Source: Antedon mediterranea
Taxonomy: Eukaryota > Animalia > Echinodermata
Length of the DNA: 64,000 nt
Reading direction: 5' to 3'
NCBI RefSeq assembly: GCF_964355755.1
Contig: NC_092678.1
Span: 1,566,422 to 1,630,421 of the forward strand
Shown: one piece after another, positions 13,051-26,679 of the stretch
Position numbering within the stretch: the stretch's first letter is position 1
How the letters are laid out: each line of letters begins with the position of its first letter
The notes under the pieces: model-generated
What the model was told of the DNA's origin: nothing
Seen by the model: only the letters and a program-made list of their open reading frames with translations
Databases searched by the model: none
Translations under genes and position numbers: made by a program

Positions 13051-15299
13051 GAACACCTTCATATTGAGACAGTAGATGAAAGGGGACGGGAGCGTGGATG
13101 TTGTATCTTCTATCCTTAATGCGTTTCACACAACTACGATACGACTCTGTACACATTGGCTGGCTGGCTGTGTTCGAGTAGGTTCTGCATTAGCCAGGCT
13201 AGGTCTTAGGATAACAAAGTTTTAAAAAAATGAACTAAAAACATCTATTTAAAATTTTTTTAAAATCTGGAAAAGCTTCTCATTTTTAAATGTCCCAATG
13301 CAAAAGCTCTTTATTTGTTATGTTTTTTCTATAGTATTTTTATCTTTAAATCATTCACCGTATCCTTTGTGAATTAAAACACAATTTCCATTTATTCTCA
13401 TTATCTTAGCTTGACATAGTTTTACTTTACCTCTTAGTCTTACTTTGACATTTTTTTATTTGCATTTTGCCAACTAGAACAAACTTCCACACTGCGGTTT
13501 ATAAATCATATTCATGAGATTTGGTTAAATCTTGGCACTGCTTGTAAAAGTTTGCTTGGCTACGGAAACAATTATTAGAAAAATCTGTTTAAAATACTTT
13601 TAGCACCAACACAACCGTATGGTGGAGAATCTCCTGGCGTTATGGCGTGTGCGATTGAAATACTGTATTGAATTGGTGTAGTAGTTTTAGTTAATATATT
13701 TTCTGTAATTTTATGCATTTTTTGCACTTATCTACATTAAATCATGTAGATTTAATTTGAGGTAAAATAATTTAAGATTACCGCATTTGAATAATAATAA
13801 CAATGATAATGGTTGTCTTATAATTATATAGCTCTTATTATTTCTAAGCACTTTACAAAAAACATTAATGAAAAACCAACAAAAAAAACAAGCAGTGGAA
13901 ACATTTTCACTGCTTTGTTCAAGAAGTTTTTAGTTTCATTGCGAGGGTTTGAAATGCACCTTTTTGCTGACACCTAAAAAATATCAAATTTACATTCAAG
14001 TTAAATTAAAGACGACCTCTATTAATATTCTTCTATTCTTCAATACATCTTTTTACAATAAGTTTTTCATTTAATTTAATTACAGTAATAACTAGCAGTT
14101 ACATTTCTACTATTTTCTAAAATTGAACTTCTGTTGAACTTTGAATAACCTATATACACAGTGATCAAGGTGTAACTTACTATGTCTTGTTTTCATTCAG
14201 GTTTCCATGGCAATTGAATACCAAGAGAACTATAGAATTTCTGATTGACCTACTTTTGAGAGAAATCTGTTGTGAAATCTTTCAAATTTGTGACCTGATA
14301 AAAAAAAAAGAAAATTCTTGGCATATTTTGAACTTGACCTTCCTATGTGAAATGTATCAAACTGCCCTGGGAAAATACTATATTGTCACACCCATCTGTA
14401 GCTTGTACTCTAGTCACTTTTTCTTCCCAGCAAAGAAAAGTTGATAATTAAGCTTTTTCCTTACTCAAAAGTAACAGAGGGGGTGTACACACAGTGAAAT
14501 TAATTCGACCTATTCACAAGCGACATTATTTGAACCGTCAATTGTTATAATTACTGACATTTGTGTATATCCTTGCATTGCATCCATTCTCTTATAAATA
14601 AGAATGATGTAATACATTATGAATGTTAAATGTTCTGTAGTATTATTTATAATAATGTTATTTTAGTATGCAACTTTTGTTTTTATCTACTAGTACTACG
14701 CCCTCATGCTATATCCACCATTGTACACTATATATCATACTACTATGTTTTTATCATGCGTTTACTACATATGTTGTATTTTCAAACATGATGAACTCTA
14801 AATGTTTTACCACACACACAATGTCACATATGTCTACGTCATTATCGTTCCGAAGAAATTACGACATACAACATATGTGACATCCATATAATTTTTGTCC
14901 TAAACAATCGTATCCCATGAACGAGCTAATGTCGTACGATTACAATCACATGCCATTTGAAAATTAATATTATTCAAATGTTAAATATAATCATCGCTGT
15001 AAGTTGAATAAGAATTATGGCAATATAACAAAAAAACATTGATGACTGTAATGAATCTTGCCATGTAATGAATTATTCATGATCTGAGGTCAAGGGTTCA
15101 AGCATCACTCAGTATGAATATTTGAGAATGTTATACATTATAGTAAAAATATGAGATATTAAATTATTGTAAATCACTTACGGAGTTAAACTGTAATCTA
15201 TCGATTATAATGTCACATTATTGAAATTAATGAACATTAAGGAAAAAAGAAACATATTGATTGAAAGAATTACAATCATAAATTTATAATATACTTTGT

Positions 15300-15500
15300 A
15301 TGATTCTTCAAAGTGAATGCATAGTTTTAAAAATCATTTTCAAAATTGATAAGAGGCATGTTTAGAAAAAGTCTTAATGGTGATAACATGGACAGTAGTT
15401 GGATGGCCTGGTTTATGTGAACCTCAAAGAATCTAATATGTTTTCTTGTCTGACTGATGTTGAGAACAGGGGGAATGATACAAGATAGATTATACTGTTT
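15300..15500 (-). mobile_element. Possible Penelope-like GIY-YIG endonuclease relic
   Basis: Minus-strand translation YNLSC...NISQTRKHIRFFEVH loosely resembles Y.I.C...YIGQT.R.L..R..EH. Very degenerate. Confidence 0.25.
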
Positions 15501-15985
15501 TGAATAGAAATGCATAGTTGTCACTATATACCGACACTCTGTTTCATTTGGAGTAATACAGACATTTAATAGAGACAAGAGAGCACTCAATAGCTCTCCT
15601 CACATTTTCAAGGAGCTTGATTTGTTTGTTACTATAAAGAAGTTTTACTCGTTCTCACCAGTGCCTCTTTGAACAATTTTGTTTATATTCGTCATAAATT
15701 TCTATTCATTAGGTTTTTGTATGGAAAAATTAAGGAGCGACAAATTTTGATCTCCTCAAATCATTTATAGAAATGCAGACAAGCGGCAGCATGATCGCTT
15801 TCCTTATATATTAAGGTCTGGTAACTATGAGAAAAATTGCAGACTTGCCCACTACCAGGGGTGTAGTCACACACCTGGGCCTTTAAGGCAGTTCAGAACT
15901 TTGTATTTCAAACCCCTTCCTATTGTTCCAAAATAAACAAATTCCATTGTCAAAAAAATGTAGATTTGTCCAAATTAATTCTTAA

Positions 15986-16159
15986 AGATATATTTCCCCC
16001 CTGAAAAAAAAATCTTGTTGAATATGCCATTTTCACGTTGCATAATACTTTGACCAAAACAATAGTCAAATTAAAGTGAATTTTCTATTGAAGTAAATAA
16101 CTTTACTATTCAAAGTCTGATAATCATAATTTTTCATGTTTTTGGGGGACAATACATCT
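15986..16159. mobile_element. Short Kolobok-like MITE (174 bp)
   Basis: TTAA|agatatatttccccc ... gggggacaatacatct|TGAA: imperfect ~16-bp TIR, AG termini, TTAA-like target. Confidence 0.55.
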
Positions 16160-17838
16160 TGAACCATCTGGAAGGAAAATTAAATTTGCCCATGCCTAGA
16201 CTATGAGTTGGTGTTTTATAGAATCTCAAAGAATTATCACTAGAGGTGTGTTAGTGGGTAGCAGTAAGTACATTGAGAATCATAATTTAAGTATTTAGCT
16301 AGAAATTTGTAAACAATGTTGAATACAACATATTTTAAATGTCAAGTCAGTTCAGATCATGTGAAAGGATTTTATGTTTAATACTTGGTAAATGTCAATT
16401 TTTAGTATAAAATTGTGCGGGGGAAAAAAAATATCAAAATACAATTAACTCTCATGACAATTAATATGTCAGTCAATATCAATTAATCAATTAAACATTG
16501 TATACAAATTTGGTATCAAAGAATTTCAAGCCATATTCATAAAGTTTGTGTTTTCCAGTAGTAGTCATAAAGTGGTTTAGTGGTCAGAAGAAAAGAGAAC
16601 TTTGTGCTGGCCAACACAGGGTTGTCAAAGGCCTCGGTAAAACTGTTTTCAGGTTGAAACCTTACTAGCCATACAGGTGACTACGGCCCTGTTTTACTGT
16701 ACCTAAAACTGAGTGTAATTCTGGCTAGAATGTGTACTTACTTAACAAACAGTGTATCTTTTGGAAGAGTAGGGTTACCTTGGTCTAGCTAAATCTGTAG
16801 TTATACTTGTTTTTGATAGATTTCATTTAAATTGCAATGATTATTATAGTAAATAGTCAATTATCGGATGTCATTCTGTTTTTTGTTTTCAAGAAAACAT
16901 AGTAATTATCAATTTGAATGATTTAATAACCTGTCAATATATAATAGAGAAGAATCATCATTAACATTGTGTTTGTATACAGTAATTATGTGAAACATCT
17001 GGACTTGGACATCGAACAAAACATGTAAAATTATATAAGATGAGATATTGTGGTTGTATAATAGTCATTGCACTACATTTTGTATGTCAAGGTTTTACCG
17101 ATCAAACACAGTTGTTTTCATGTTCAATTCAAATGTAATATCACCTGCTAGAATAGTTTCTTCATTTTAAAAGAAAACTAAGATGGGGAATGATTTTTAG
17201 TGGTTCCAACCCTGGTGAGGTGCTGCCTAATAAGGTCAGGAGGGGTCAACACACAGGGTTTTTATCCTTCTGTAGCTCAGTTTTTACATGATGCGTCAAA
17301 CTGTTGTTGTGGACATATTTTCCGACTAGGGCTCGAAATTCATGCTAGCAAACTAGCATTTTGCTATTCATCACATCATGAAAACGAAAAACTGCCACAC
17401 TTTGTTTTGACTCTTGTAAGTTTTATGGTCATTTTTGTGGAGTGCGGGTCATTGATTTGTCCATAATTATTGTGTTTCATAATAATACATTTTCGAAATA
17501 TCATTAACAATATTTTTTATTATGCATGTTTTTTTGTATTTTTATGCCTTTATATTATTTGTCTATGCCTCTGTTTATGGGATAGATATTATAATTTTGC
17601 TGGCATTATAATGTTGTATGAATATAAGGAAAGAGACATTAAGACTGGATATCTATCAATCATACTCCAGTCTCCTCGTTAATTATATGCCAGGTTCATA
17701 TAGAGGCCATCATGTTAAACGTACATGAGATGAAAAGCTTCATCTCAACGTTTGTACGTTTCAAAACTATGTTGAATCATTTATGTTAATAAGAAAGATT
17801 TTTTAAAATGTATTTTCTCATTTGTGTTTTTTGCTTAG

Positions 17839-17911
17839 GGGCAAGATGTACGAGATGAGATGTGCCGTCTGGCCTGTTTAACAATCTAAGCTCATCAAGG
17901 CATTCTAATTG
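17839..17911 (+). other. Candidate non-coding (UTR or lncRNA) exon, 73 nt
   Basis: T-rich tract tttgtgttttttgcttAG upstream and G|GTACGT donor downstream. Stops in all three frames. Confidence 0.25.
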
Positions 17912-18399
17912 GTACGTTATGCTCTGTTTCTTACTGCATATTGCGCTACAATTTTTTTACATACAATTTTTAATTGTTAACAGACAAGACAAATGTCTCT
18001 AATGAACAGATGCCTATAGCCAGAATTCTTAATAAAAAATGTTAACATTTTTTCTATCTGTCTTTTTCATGTTTTTCAACCTTATTCGTAACCGGGTTCC
18101 CTCCCCGATAATCCGCACTAACCGTTGAACTTGAACAGATAAACCACTTGTGCCCCTTTGACTAGGGCACCTGCTGATGTTCGCTGTCGTTGAATATGAC
18201 TAAATATTAGACCAACGTTTTGGCAAACTTCCTATCTGATATTTGATTGAAATTTTCCTAGCGGCCTATGATTAATTGTGAATCACCTAATGACATTGGT
18301 TTTAGCTGTCAAACAATTATTTTAATAATACTACTAACCATGTGATCATAGTAATAGTACTGTAAAATGTAGTGGACTTTTATTGTCACTGAGGATGCC

Positions 18400-18960
18400 T
18401 CTCCATAAATCTTAGATCTCTCCTAGTGTGCTAAACTCCCTGATGTCATCCAATCGAATCAGTCTATTGTCTTCCTCTGTTTCTCTGTAATTCTAAAGGA
18501 AGTCTGTGGCTTCACATGTTCCAGTCCACTGTTTAGGTTCTCTCTATCAATTTTCCCATTTCTAAGCGACATATCTACCCTCATGGCATCCTACAACATC
18601 AGTATGTTTTGTCTTCTTCTATGTCAGTAAGGTGTCTAGTCTGTTACCCTATGGTTCCTTCAGCCTCCTGAATATGTGTCCTGTCTTTGTATTGATTGTT
18701 TACATTGGTTCTTGCTCTTATGTCAAGGTTGGTTCTTTCACACATCTCGTTTTCTCTATCAACTCTTTCCTCTTAAGATAGTTGGTTTTAGGTTATGGTT
18801 TACTTACCAATGCCATGGCTCTAGGTCCAAATCATGACACTGCAGACACTGCATTAATATTAGGATTTTTTCTTCTTTTCTTTTATTTCATCTACACAAA
18901 CAAGTCAGGGAAGTTGCATCAGCATGGTACTACACCACAAATGTGGACGCAATCCCTATC
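18400..18960 (-). mobile_element. Degenerate LINE (RTE-like) ORF2 3' relic
   Basis: Minus-strand frameshifted RNRGRQ/RLIRLDDIRE resembles the RTE C-terminal KR.RGR.R.RW.DDI.E motif. HADATSL near 18930 may be a decayed YADD. Confidence 0.45.
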
Positions 18961-19385
18961 TAGTAAGAAATACCAAACCAATACTATTCTAATAAAATCA
19001 TTTTTTGGGTTCCCGATTTTAAATGAGATTGGTTCCTTAAAAAACACAATAGTTTATTGTCATTTATTTTTCTACCTTTCCTCTTTTTCCAGTTCTAGTA
19101 ATTATTTACACACAAAAAAATATGACTCTATTGACATAGGCCTACAGCAACCACCAGTTAATTTGTATGATCTTGTTATTACTCATGAACAACATGACCA
19201 CTAACGAGCAAGTGTGCACTAACGAGCAAGTGAACTCAGGAAGTATGACTCGGCCTTGTATTGTTCCTATTTATGGGCATAACTAAAATATGACATTAGA
19301 TTATGATTGACAGTGTTGATGAGATTATTTTGTCACATTTATTGATAATGTTATGGTGACCTACTTCTTAGTTTCCAAGGATTAA

Positions 19386-19716
19386 GGGCCTGATTGTGTT
19401 GCATAGCGGCAAACAAACTGTTTATTTAAAAAATGTAAATAAAAAATAAATTTTTACTTGCAAATAACTGTTTAAATTAGTGGCTGGTTGTTTAAATTAT
19501 GTAAAATACAATGAGATCTGGTGGTCAAACGTCAATCAAATTACCATTACTTTGCATTGCAACTAAAAGTTGTACAGCAATAACCGGTTAAATGCAATCT
19601 AACCCAAATAACCCCTAATAATTTGGGTGTTTTTAACGTTATTTTCATGCTGCCATAAAAAAATTTGTCCTGTTATTATATTCATGGTTATTTATTTGTT
19701 CGCAGAAAACAGGGCC
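19386..19716. mobile_element. Decayed short derivative of the 30074-31699 Harbinger-like family
   Basis: gggcctgattgtgttgcata ... cgcagaaaacagggcc ends, plus the internal aataaccggttaaa motif shared with 30074-31699. Confidence 0.5.
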
Positions 19717-20259
19717 AAGTCAAATTTATTTACTATTTTTCCAAACTGTACCATAATGTTCAAGTTTTTTTTAACAATAATATTAACACTGGTTGTATTT
19801 AATACATAAATGTTAAATGTTAATCTGTATGGATTTCAATAAACTGTTATCTGTGCGGGTTTTTATGTAATGTAAATATTCATAACATAATATTACATAA
19901 GGCCTAATGAAATTTATTTTAATATTTATAACTAATTATTAATTAATTATTTATTACTTAATTACTACAGAGGACATTTTCAATCATAAAAATCGCTTGT
20001 TTTTACGAATGGAAATAACCAAAGCATAATCGTTATAAAAGAACCAACTGATCTAATACGACAAAGTTTGCTAAACTTGTTGTCTTTTTTTCTATGCAGA
20101 TATAGTAACAACCTATCTTTTTTTCTTTGTAATTTCTCTCTATTTTTTCTCTCAGTGCTTTGGGACAATCTTATGATTGTATAAGCGCTTTATAAATCAA
20201 ACAACATTACATTATATTAATAATATTACATTATCTTCTGTGTTACATAAAAGTTACAT

Positions 20260-20720
20260 ATTAAAAAAAAATAGGTCTTACAAATATGCATGCATAAAAT
20301 ATAAATTTATTTCCAACATATTTATAATTTCTTTTTCGACAAAGGGTGCCGAACCTTTCATCATAAAAATACTGGTTATAATAATATTTCATTATCTCTT
20401 GTTATGTAAAAGTGACATATTTTTTTAGAAATGTATTTTTTTTTAATATATAAATATGCAGGTATAAAATATAATTTTAATTCTAGCATATTTTGATTCT
20501 TTTGCGGCAAAGGTTACCAAACTTTTCATCGTAAAAATACTGGTTATAGTAATACTTCATTAGCTTATGTTATGTAAAAGTGACATAGCTGTTTTAGAAA
20601 TATTACTTTATGCAGGTATAACATTTTTCATATTAATATTATATATCTTATGTTATATAATATTAAGATGTTTGTTATAAATTTTGTTTGTTAGATGTTT
20701 TTAATATATAAATATGCAGT
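20260..20720. repeat. Diverged tandem duplication, ~168-bp unit
   Basis: caaagg..cc.aac.tttcatc.taaaaatactggttata...gttatgtaaaagtgacata at 20340 and 20508. Confidence 0.75.
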
Positions 20721-21429
20721 ATCAAATTTAAATTAAATACTCGATAACTCTATCAATTTTATCAATTAGATTTTATATTAATTAATATTGTCATGTCTGT
20801 ACAACAACTCTAGAAATTTGAACAAATTAAGCTTTGGTGACCTTTTAATTTACAAGTTAAAGAAAGTTATTTGAGATTTCTTGATGAAGATCTTTCTGAA
20901 ACTGAGTGTGACCTATCTTACATAACTGCAAAACTATATTTCTAGAATATGTAAGCTAAAAACACAAATATATTGGTGTAGACTACGGTAAAATGCTGGA
21001 TGTGATCCTGGCATGCAGCATTATTCAAAACATGTTTCTTGCTCTCCTTTCGCTGTCACCTCTTTAATCCCTCTGTATCTCTTTCTCTCTTCATACCTCT
21101 CATTTAATTTAATCTGGTACCTCAATATGGATGACAAAGTATGACGTCAAACCAACAAACGCAGCATCAGTCATCCAGAAATTAATCTATCAATCACTCT
21201 GTTAATGCTATCATCGCTTTTAATTGCGTTATTACGCAGAGTGACGTGCTTTTTGGTTCACAACCTTATCGATATTTTGCTAATTAACGATCCATTAAAT
21301 CTACTCTACCATATGATGCGAAATACTGTCATGGAAAAACAGTATGGTAATCGAGTTGTTGTTTTTGATCTTCCGGCCCTCAACCTTCTAACATAATACA
21401 TTCTAGAGATTGGATAATTAAAATTTATC

Positions 21430-22140
21430 TTAAAATAGTGGAAAAATCGTAATTGCGTTGTTTTTTACTTTGTGATGGCGTAAGCAGTATCAATAGAAAA
21501 CAAGCGTGTAAAACTTTGTTATCAATAGTGAACAAGTAATATCGTAATTTAAAGTAGTATTTCTTTATCCACCCGCCCACTTCCTTTGGAACTGTATTAA
21601 GATATTAAACTATTAAGAAATATAGATTTTGTTTATAAAATGTTTTTTATTGAAATTGTGAAAAAAACAACGCAATTATTTTGTTTTTTTTATACCTCGG
21701 CCCACAACTTTTGCACAAATTAAGTATCCCAAGTGGAAAACAAGATAATTTGTTAATAACTTTGGTTGTTGAGATTGTGAATCATTAACAATATTTTAAT
21801 TATGATGTTTACTATTTACTTAGGCCCACACATTGGACAGTAAATAAAAATAACAAAAACACAATAAAGATGATGATCAAATAAAGATCGTAATGTTGAA
21901 TCATATCTTGCCTCTTGTTATTTGACGTCAGTTTTATACTATGTTACACAATAGTGAACAAACAGTTATTATTGTTTATGTGTCTATCCACTTCCTTTAT
22001 TTAATCCTGTTGAAATATCGGTTTAATATTTGTGTGGAAAGTCTTTAATTAAACTATTGTTGTTGAGATAGTGGACAAACAATCTTATTCTTCTTTCTTT
22101 TGCTAGACATGCCCACGTTTTCATCGTACTGTATTGATTT
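21430..22140. repeat. Ancient degenerate ~120-bp tandem repeat
   Basis: Recurring ttgttgagat(a/t)gtg.a.aa ... gcccac motifs. Confidence 0.4.
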
Positions 22141-22405
22141 TGTGAAGATGGAAAGGACTCAAGGGTGGGTCTGGAGAAGATGGTGATTTATATTCTTACA
22201 GTACTATAGATGTTGATGTTTTATAGATGTTGATTGAAAAGGTTTTCTAAAAGTGACAAACCTAAATTTAGCTATAAAATTGTTAAAAAAGCGATTGTTC
22301 AGACTTAAATTTGATACAAACTTCCACCTCCCTAAATCAAATCACCCATGATCCTCATTTTCAATTTTTTTCTGAGTAGCATACAGCAATACATCGAAGA
22401 CGTAT

Positions 22406-22537
22406 TGTAAAACTCTGTCTACACATCACACTGTTTTGGTGTAAAACTCTGTCTACACATCACACTGTTTTGGTGTAAAACTCTGTCTACACATCACACT
22501 GTTTTGGTCAAACTAGTTTGATAGTGTAGACAGAGCT
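22406..22537. mobile_element. Internally deleted MITE A copy with a 34-bp triplication of its left end
   Basis: gtaaaactctgtctacacatcacactgttttggt at 22407, 22441 and 22475, then caaactagtttgatagtgtagacagagct|taa. Confidence 0.85.
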
Positions 22538-24249
22538 TAAGACTATAGGGTCAATTATAAATAGCAATAGGTAAATTTAAAGGACGAAAAAAACAGTATT
22601 ATGAGTCAAAGTTACTGTTTTTAGAATGTGGAGGTTAAAAAAAAACTTCCTCTAACCTTATAGGGCTAAGGTTAGAATTAACTATATCCGTAGTAAACAA
22701 TCTATTTACGACCTTAAGATGTTTGCCTTCGTCTAATACTATGTGATTTGGGATAGATTTAAATAATTCCTATTTATTCGTAACCAATTTATTTTGTTGG
22801 TTATTGAACCCACAACTATGCAATAATAAAATAATACAATCATCAATGACTTTGACTTTACATGTAGAAATTCCAAGAGAATTTTTATTATTTATTTTCT
22901 GCTTTTGGGCTGATCTACTGGAAAAAAACAAGCTGTTATCCCATATCTGCTACATAATGCTGAATGAGTGTTAGCAAAGCGTGAGGCAGCAAAGCATGCT
23001 GAAACTAAAGTGCGAGGAATCATTTTATAATTTTAAGATAGATAATGTTTGAATATATAATGGACAAACTGCATCTGTTTGTGCTCCCAAAGACACATCA
23101 GTGGGTGGTGGCCATAGAAAGTACATGCATAGATGTTAATTAATAAAAATATTTAAAAAACGTATGTATTGAATAATCAAGTAATTGTGGGTACAGTATT
23201 TTAAAAAAAAAAAAAATCTGAGAGGTTACCGTTTTTCTATGAAATTTTTTAAGAAGACTGACTGTGATTGGCCAGAATCCAAAGAAAAAATGACACTCCA
23301 GGGTTGATCTGGGTGCCGTGTCAAAATTAAGGTTAACAAAAATTGAGATCGTTATTTTGAGAACTCTATTTAATTAATCTGTTAATTTTTTTCCTGTTTT
23401 TTCACACATTTAATAATCGGTTATTTGCTCGCATTTAATAATGATAATGCTTATTTTTAGGAAACTACTTGGGGCTAAGTCCTTGTTGAAAGGGGTTAAA
23501 TCTTCTGTGAACTGCACCCATGAACAAGAACTACCTTGAAATCTAGATTGGCCTGATCACTATAATGTAAGCAAAACATCCCCACACCCTATACTTACAC
23601 ATACATACAGTACACACCTTTTTATGTCAAAAATCTAATTGCCCACAGCTTTAGAGTTAAATGTCTTTTGGTCCCTTTCAATTGAAAGGTTCCCAAGTTC
23701 AGTTGATAAACATTAAACATTCTTGGCACTCCTTCTTGGCTCCAGTAATTTGTTGGCACTAACTAAAAATTATGATTGCACAATACAGTTGTGTACAATA
23801 CTTTAGCATATTAATCTTCAGTTCTTAATACCTATACTATAGTTGAATAACAATATGCATACTGTGCTGTATAAGTTTATGAACTTGGTTGAGAAATGTG
23901 TGTCAATGTAACTGTCAATTTCACTGAGTTATACAGTCTGTGAATTTCATTAAATTTCGCCAGCATATTGATTTTTTATTGGCCGGTCTACTGCTTAAAA
24001 ATAGATATATTAAATAGTTTCTATGTCATGTCGCATCATTTTTTATCAAAGCCAAAATCAGCAAGAGTAATTAATTATTAATTAATTAAATTTAAAAAAA
24101 AAAACCAGCTTAGGTTTGTACTCTATAAGACTAAGAGCACTTTTAAACTTCTTTTAACATTTAACCGAAATATGTCTCAGGTCAATTCAAGTATATGGAA
24201 TGTTGCAATGCAGTTTCTAGGATTTTCAATACCATTTGATTGAGTGATT

Positions 24250-24370
24250 CTGTGTATAATTATGATGGGTTGTGCACAACCCCCTAGATCTTCTCTCTCC
24301 CTTACCCTGCCTGGTCGTCCCCTATTTAACAATCTTGGAACATCCACTGATTGTAACCTTCCCAATTTTA
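24250..24370 (-). mobile_element. Possible short LINE 3' relic
   Basis: Minus-strand VPRLLNRGRPGRV resembles the RTE-type P...R.RGRP motif. Weak. Confidence 0.2.
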
Positions 24371-24491
24371 TTGTTGTGATCCTTCTTAACAAAGTATTTT
24401 TAAATTTTATGTCCTAGTTCCAATTCCATACTTTTATACCAATTTCTCATCCTACTGCAAAGAAAAACAATTGTTTGAATATGTTAACTTG

Positions 24492-24578
24492 ATTTCTTGG
24501 CAGCAGAAACACGACCAAAGTTGGTGTTGAAATACCAATGTTTACATATCAAAATCATTTCTGCTGCCAAGAAAATCA
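24492..24578. mobile_element. Fragment related to the Harbinger-like family subterminal repeats
   Basis: tttcttggcagcagaaacacgaccaaa matches 30158-30185, and is followed by its inverted copy tttctgctgccaagaaa. Confidence 0.55.
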
Positions 24579-24686
24579 TAAATTGTTATCCATATAATTT
24601 GTCACTAGTGAAAGCAAAAGATTATTCATTTGACTAATGAGATTATGTCAATTTCTATTTTTCTTCATGTTTTAGATGCAAAAATT

Positions 24687-24919
24687 GTAGTGGAGCTTGG
24701 TGGTTAACATGCTTGCCTTTGAATCCAAAGGTCCAGGCTTCAATCCTGACCAAGTGCCAGGGTTGTAACTCACTCCTCTTTCAGCTCCACTGCCTAAGCC
24801 TCCAATAAGAGTTAGTTTATAAAAGCATGATAAATTATAAAATAGTTTATCCATCCTGTAATTGGCTAGTTCTCACTGTTGGATGCGTACGAAATAAAAG
24901 AAAAATGAATAAGAAAAAT
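24687..24919 (+). mobile_element. tRNA-derived SINE (degenerate)
   Basis: A-box-like tggagcttggtggttaa, B-box-like ggcttcaatcct, anticodon-arm-like region, unrelated body and A-rich tail. Confidence 0.6.
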
Positions 24920-25291
24920 TGATTGATATTAAGCCTAAATTGATATACTTAGTTTGCATTGTTCATGCTGTTATATCACCCCATCCTTGACATCACAGGC
25001 TTTTCCAAGTTACCAATTCCCCATTTGCTAATATTGAAACAATTATTATTATCATCAAGGCCATATTTTACAGGTTTAGTATGCATGCCAGGTTTCCTTT
25101 GACCCAGTAAACTTTGGTAGAATTCCAAGAAACTAACTTTTACCTGTCTCAGCCTTTACCTGCATGATCAGTGCACTGAACCAAATCAGTACAGTGTTCC
25201 ATTTTTCACTGTTGCATAACTCCTAATCTTACTAATGTTCTATGGGAATGCTTATGAAACATTTAAATGTATCAATGTATTCAGTTTTCAT

Positions 25292-26008
25292 AAACGGCTC
25301 ACTAGATATATCTGGTGCTAGCAGCATGTTCCAAGTGTTTACAAACGGCTCACTAGATATATCTGGTGCTAGCAGCATGTTCCAAGTGTTTACAAACGGC
25401 TCACTAGATATATCTGGTGCTAGCAGCATGTTCCAAGTGTTTACAAACGGCTCACTAGATATATCTGGTGCTAGCAGCATGTTCCAAGTGTTTACAAACG
25501 GCTCACTAGATATATCTGGTGCTAGCAGCATGTTCCAAGTGTTTACAAACGGCTCACTAGATATATCTGGTGCTAGCAGCATGTTCCAAGTGTTTACAAA
25601 CGGCTCACTAGATATATCTGGTGCTAGCAGCATGTTCCAAGTGTTTACAAACGGCTCACTAGATATATCTGGTGCTAGCAGCATGTTCCAAGTGTTTACA
25701 AACGGCTCACTAGATATATCTGGTGCTAGCAGCATGTTCCAAGTGTTTACAAACGGCTCACTAGATATATCTGGTGCTAGCAGCATGTTCCAAGTGTTTA
25801 CAAACGGCTCACTAGATATATCTGGTGCTAGCAGCATGTTCCAAGTGTTTACAAACGGCTCACTAGATATATCTGGTGCTAGCAGCATGTTCCAAGTGTT
25901 TACAAACGGCTCACTAGATATATCTGGTGCTAGCAGCATGTTCCAAGTGTTTACAAACGGCTCACTAGATATATCTGGTGCTAGCAGCATGTTCCAAGTG
26001 TTTACAAA
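25292..26008. repeat. Perfect 51-bp minisatellite, 14 copies
   Basis: Unit aaacggctcactagatatatctggtgctagcagcatgttccaagtgtttac, no variants seen. Produces the 274-aa and 293-aa repetitive ORFs. Confidence 0.97.
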
Positions 26009-26679
26009 TTTCCTAAACACAACCAAAGCTCTAAATATTTCTTGTAAAGAGCAAATTATTTCATGATAGTTTTGATTCCTCGGGGAAAGCACCTGGAATT
26101 TCTTCAAATACAATTGGGATATAAAAAGCAGGAACTAAAAAAAGAAAATCATGCTTTGCTACTGTGTATATAAACAAAACTATTAGCTGGAGCTTCAAAA
26201 GGGAAATTCCCTTCTTTCCTATTCTTGTTTCTATCACTAAATAAAAGAGAGTTTCCTTATAAAATTGTTTGTAACTAATGGGTACACACACAAAAACTGT
26301 GTTTACACGAATAGGCCTAGGCTTGATCCTATCATCACTGGTTGATACATGTCACGCCTAGATTGAAGTTAATTATATGGCTACTGAAGAACGCAATTAA
26401 AAATATACAGACATATAATATTGTTCTGTTAAATCCTTACTATGTTTAACTTTCATTTATTTATTTCACCAACAAACATAATATACCGTACAATGTACAA
26501 AGATGAATTGGTCAGGGACTGCTAAAGTAATACGATTACTGTAACTACAGAGTCAGCAGTCCCATGACTATGTTATAGAAAAGATGCTATATATACAATA
26601 CCAATGAGAAATGTGGTATTATAACTTGAAAAACGTTTTACCGCCCTATTTCAAAATCCTAGATCTGCCAATGTTCAAG

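Noticed and set aside
23311-23519. MITE with gggtgc...gcaccc ends
   Set aside because: TIR match is short and the flanking triplets (tct / atg) do not form a TSD.
25232-26113. 274-aa and 293-aa ORFs as genuine CDS
   Set aside because: Produced by a perfect 51-bp repeat with no synonymous variation and no recognisable domain.
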